Shown here: positions 18,141 to 20,839 of the stretch, in pieces
Layout of the letters: the number at the start of each line of letters is the position of its first letter
Numbering within the stretch: position 1 is the first letter of the stretch
NCBI GenBank assembly: GCA_031265105.1
Contig: JAISDC010000082.1
Coordinates: forward strand, 1-20,839
Length of the DNA stretch: 20,839 nucleotides
Source: Verrucomicrobiales bacterium
GTDB taxonomy: Bacteria > Verrucomicrobiota > Verrucomicrobiia > Methylacidiphilales > JAAUTS01
Reading direction: 5' to 3'
The notes under the pieces: generated by a model
What the model was told of the DNA's origin: nothing
Seen by the model: the letters and a program-made list of their open reading frames with translations, nothing else
Databases searched by the model: none
Position numbers and translations under genes: made by a program

Positions 18141-18248
18141 AACGCAAAGACGCAAAGGAACAAAGTAACGCAAAGATTTTTGTTAATTGAAAAACCAAAC
18201 CAAAAAAATCTTCGCGCCTTTGCCCCTTTGTTCCTTTGCGTTAATGCA
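18141..18248. terminator. family B inverted-repeat element pair forming a long hairpin after the 251-aa gene
   Basis: Left arm ATTAACGCAAAGACGCAAAGGAACAAAGTAACGCAAAG, then ATTTTTG. Right arm AAAAAATCTTCGCGCCTTTGCCCCTTTGTTCCTTTGCGTTAAT. Homologous copies are at 11343-11394 and 12533-12553. Confidence 0.55.
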
Positions 18249-18263
18249 GCTCAAAAAAACTTT

Positions 18264-20839
18264 ATGAAAACCTCCAACATGAAAACACGAAAACTAACCC
18301 TGATACTAACCCTCCTCTGCGCCCTCAGCGTCTCCGCGTTGAACATCTTCGCGGAAAACAAAATCGTCAATACCGGCACCGTGGTGGAATCCGGCAGTAC
18401 CTACGCCGCCTCCACCAATCAGTCGGCCCTGACGGTCAGCGGCAGCGGGACGCTGTACGAGGGCACTAACCTTACTTTGTCCAGCACCGAGACCAACCAG
18501 CATGGCGTCTTCGTCAACACCCAAGGCGCGCTATCGTTACGTGACAGCACGGTTTTCACTTCCGCCACTGGCGCTTACGGCATTGCGTTGACCACCACCT
18601 CGTCCGCCAGCCTGGAACGTGTCGCGGTCACGGTCAGCGAAGCGTTTTCGCATGGCATCTATATGTTGAACTCCAAGCTGTCCGTGACCGACGCGACAGT
18701 GGTGATTTCGGCATCCAATAGGAACGGTCATTTCGACGGAATATACATCGGCAACACCAGCGAAGCTGATTTGACAAATGTGAGCGTAGAATTACGGGGC
18801 GACCAGACCAACGGCATCAGCATCCTCAACACCGCCACCGACAAAAGCACCGTCACGGCCACCGGTATCAACATTGCCGCGCAAGGCGAACTTGCCGACG
18901 GTCGGGCCAATGTCAGCGGTGTCACCGTAGAAGGTAACGCGGACCTGCAAATGCGCGATTTTTTAGTCACGGTGCGCGACGGTAATGCGGGCGTGAACAC
19001 TTGGACGAACCCTATACTACGGGTTGACGAGTTTGTGACGCTGCGCAGCGGCACCATCATTATGATTGATAGCGGCGCCGGGATTAATGTCGGCGGCAAC
19101 GGTAATCGCTATGTGGCATTGCACGATGTGGCTATCAGCGCGAGCGGCGAGGACACCCATGCCATTCTTATGGACACGCGCGGGTTGGACATTGATGACA
19201 AAGTTCTGCTGGTTGACGGCGGCAAGTTCATCGCCGAAAACGGGGCGGCGCTCCGGGTGGGGCTGTTCGGCGAGACATCCGAGCTCAATGCCACGCAGTC
19301 CGCGGGCGCCAACTATACCGTCACCATCACCGGCAGCGCCGCCCTCAGCGGCACGGCGGCCATGGAATTCGGCACCACCGCCATTGCCCCCAGCGGCACG
19401 GCCTACGAACTGGTCAACCACGCCCGCATAACCGTGGCGGATGGCTCCACCCTCACCGGTGCCACCAACATCCACGGCAACTCCGACGTGAATATAGAAC
19501 TCACCGACAACTCCGCCCTGACCGGCGACCTTACCGCCAGCGGCTCGTCCAACACCACCCTCAGCGGCAGCAACGGCGCCACCATCACCGGCACCGTCAG
19601 CGGCAACGATAACGCCGTCATCGACCTCACCGTCAGAGGCCCCGGCAGCACCATCATCAGTGACATTAACCAAAACGACGACGCAGCCGTCACCATCACC
19701 CTCGATAACAGCGCCACCGGCCAAGGCGGCTACCACGGCGGCAACCTCATCACCGGCAGCGATAGCACCTGGACTTTTGACAAGGACAGCCACGGCAACT
19801 ACGGCGAAAACAATGGCACTTGGAACATCGGCGACTACGAAGTCATCTTCGATAACATGACCCACACCGGCACCGTTAACATCAGCGTCAACACCGACAC
19901 CGGCGACGGCGGCTCTATCACTGTGGATACCGCTGACGGTGAAGGCACCGTCCACATCGACACCACCGGCAACGGTAAACTCAACCCCAACGACGTACTC
20001 CCCGGCGTCGTCACCGGCGACGGCACGGAACACTGGCAATGGGATCCCATCGACTGGGGCATCGACACCATCATCAAAGACGGCGACCACTTCATCAAAC
20101 AAGGCACCAGCCCCGCCGGCGCAGAATTGAACAGCAGCGTAGCCATCCAACAAGCCAGGTGGTTCGCGCAGCAAAACAGCCTGCTCAAACGCATGGGTGA
20201 CCTCCGCTTTTCGTCATCCCGTCAACTCGTCACCTCGTCGTCTGACAAAGCCGTCACCCTCAGCGCTGCCAACCTGATCGAAAACATCTGGCTCAGAAGC
20301 TACGGCCAACAATTAAACGTCGGCAGTAAAGTATCAGGCAAAGCCTACGAACAACTCATCTACGGCGTGGACTTGGGCACTGACCATAAGTTCACCTTGT
20401 CCGCTGACAGTGACTTATATCTGGGCGTCTTCGCCGGTTACGGCCGCAGCGACCTCGACTACCGCACCCCCGGCACTGACGGTGAACTCAACTCCTACTA
20501 CGGCGGCCTCTACGCCACGTGGTTACACAGCAGCGGCCTCTACATCGACGCTACCGTCAAAGCCGCCAGCGTGGACAACAATCTAAAAGCTCCCTACAGC
20601 GGCAGTCAAATCACCGCCAACTACAGTGATGTGAACCTCGGCGGCAGCATCGAAATCGGGAAGAAGTTCACCTTCGCTGATGATTGGTTCATCGAACCCC
20701 AGTTTCAAGTCAACTACCTCCACATCCTCGCCGAGGACTATCAAGCCGGCCCCATGAGCATCACCGCCAGCGACCTCGACGCCCTCCAGTTCAGAATCGG
20801 CAGCGTATTCGGCCGCACCCTCAAGCTCGCCAACGGCGG
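18264..20839 (+). CDS. classical (type Va) autotransporter: signal peptide, Gly/Thr/Asn-rich beta-helical passenger, C-terminal beta-barrel. Partial: runs off the window end.
   Basis: MKTSNMKTRKLTLILTLLCALSVSALNIFA signal peptide. The passenger has repetitive beta-helix-like tracts (TLSGSNGATITGTVSGNDNAVIDLTV...). The junction reads AIQQARWFAQQNSLLKRMGDLRF...NIWLRSYGQQ, followed by barrel strands (YLGVFAGYGRSDLDY...GGLYATWLH...GGSIEIGKKF...). No stop occurs before 20839, hence it is absent from the ORF track. Confidence 0.85.
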   Translation, partial: MKTSNMKTRKLTLILTLLCALSVSALNIFAENKIVNTGTVVESGSTYAASTNQSALTVSGSGTLYEGTNLTLSSTETNQHGVFVNTQGALSLRDSTVFTSATGAYGIALTTTSSASLERVAVTVSEAFSHGIYMLNSKLSVTDATVVISASNRNGHFDGIYIGNTSEADLTNVSVELRGDQTNGISILNTATDKSTVTATGINIAAQGELADGRANVSGVTVEGNADLQMRDFLVTVRDGNAGVNTWTNPILRVDEFVTLRSGTIIMIDSGAGINVGGNGNRYVALHDVAISASGEDTHAILMDTRGLDIDDKVLLVDGGKFIAENGAALRVGLFGETSELNATQSAGANYTVTITGSAALSGTAAMEFGTTAIAPSGTAYELVNHARITVADGSTLTGATNIHGNSDVNIELTDNSALTGDLTASGSSNTTLSGSNGATITGTVSGNDNAVIDLTVRGPGSTIISDINQNDDAAVTITLDNSATGQGGYHGGNLITGSDSTWTFDKDSHGNYGENNGTWNIGDYEVIFDNMTHTGTVNISVNTDTGDGGSITVDTADGEGTVHIDTTGNGKLNPNDVLPGVVTGDGTEHWQWDPIDWGIDTIIKDGDHFIKQGTSPAGAELNSSVAIQQARWFAQQNSLLKRMGDLRFSSSRQLVTSSSDKAVTLSAANLIENIWLRSYGQQLNVGSKVSGKAYEQLIYGVDLGTDHKFTLSADSDLYLGVFAGYGRSDLDYRTPGTDGELNSYYGGLYATWLHSSGLYIDATVKAASVDNNLKAPYSGSQITANYSDVNLGGSIEIGKKFTFADDWFIEPQFQVNYLHILAEDYQAGPMSITASDLDALQFRIGSVFGRTLKLANG

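Noticed and set aside
18306-20194. Minus ORFs inside the autotransporter (for example 19017..20174, 385 aa, G/A/V/D-rich)
   Set aside because: Antisense of the autotransporter. The forward frame has a signal peptide, junction and barrel motifs.

Overview
GC-rich bacterial chromosomal window (roughly 60-65% GC by eye; many genes have strongly G/C-ending codons). It is probably proteobacterial, judging from the mix of copA, uup, rmuC, cls, def and a flotillin/NfeD pair.

Gene content, left to right:
- (-) MmeI-family Type IIL restriction-modification fusion enzyme, 1..2811. Its C-terminus runs off the window start. It is absent from the supplied ORF track because it has no in-window stop.
- (-) small GNAT acetyltransferase, 75 bp upstream of the RM gene on the same strand.
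- (+) 114-aa MIF/tautomerase homologue, divergent from the GNAT gene.
- (+) ABC-F ATPase Uup.
- an intergenic hairpin that carries an antisense remnant of an autotransporter beta-barrel.
- (+) Cu(I) P1B-type ATPase CopA with an unusual Cys-rich N-terminus.
- (-) rmuC, then (-) cardiolipin synthase.
- (-) secreted SGNH/GDSL hydrolase.
- a minus-strand operon nfeD - flotillin - def - amidohydrolase.
- a repeat-rich divergent intergenic region: A11 tract, 8-bp repeat x7, 42-bp tandem repeats x6 open in all six frames.
- (+) 251-aa protein of unknown function.
- (+) classical autotransporter (signal peptide, beta-helical passenger, C-terminal barrel). It runs off the window end and is also absent from the ORF track.

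Most striking sequence-level signal: the heptamer GTCAGCG / CGCTGAC occurs about 70 times against about 4 expected, roughly one per 300 bp. The extended consensus is 5'-CAYCGTCAGCGG-3'. It appears in both orientations, in all three reading frames, and inside essentially every gene. That looks like a genome-wide DNA-level signal (an uptake-sequence-like word) rather than a coding constraint.

At least two families of small modular inverted-repeat elements, built from purine-rich words (CACCAAG, CGCAAAG, CACAGAG), sit at gene 3' ends.

No rRNA, tRNA or CRISPR array was seen. Several ORF-track starts are TTG/GTG artefacts and were re-set to internal ATGs that fit homology better.
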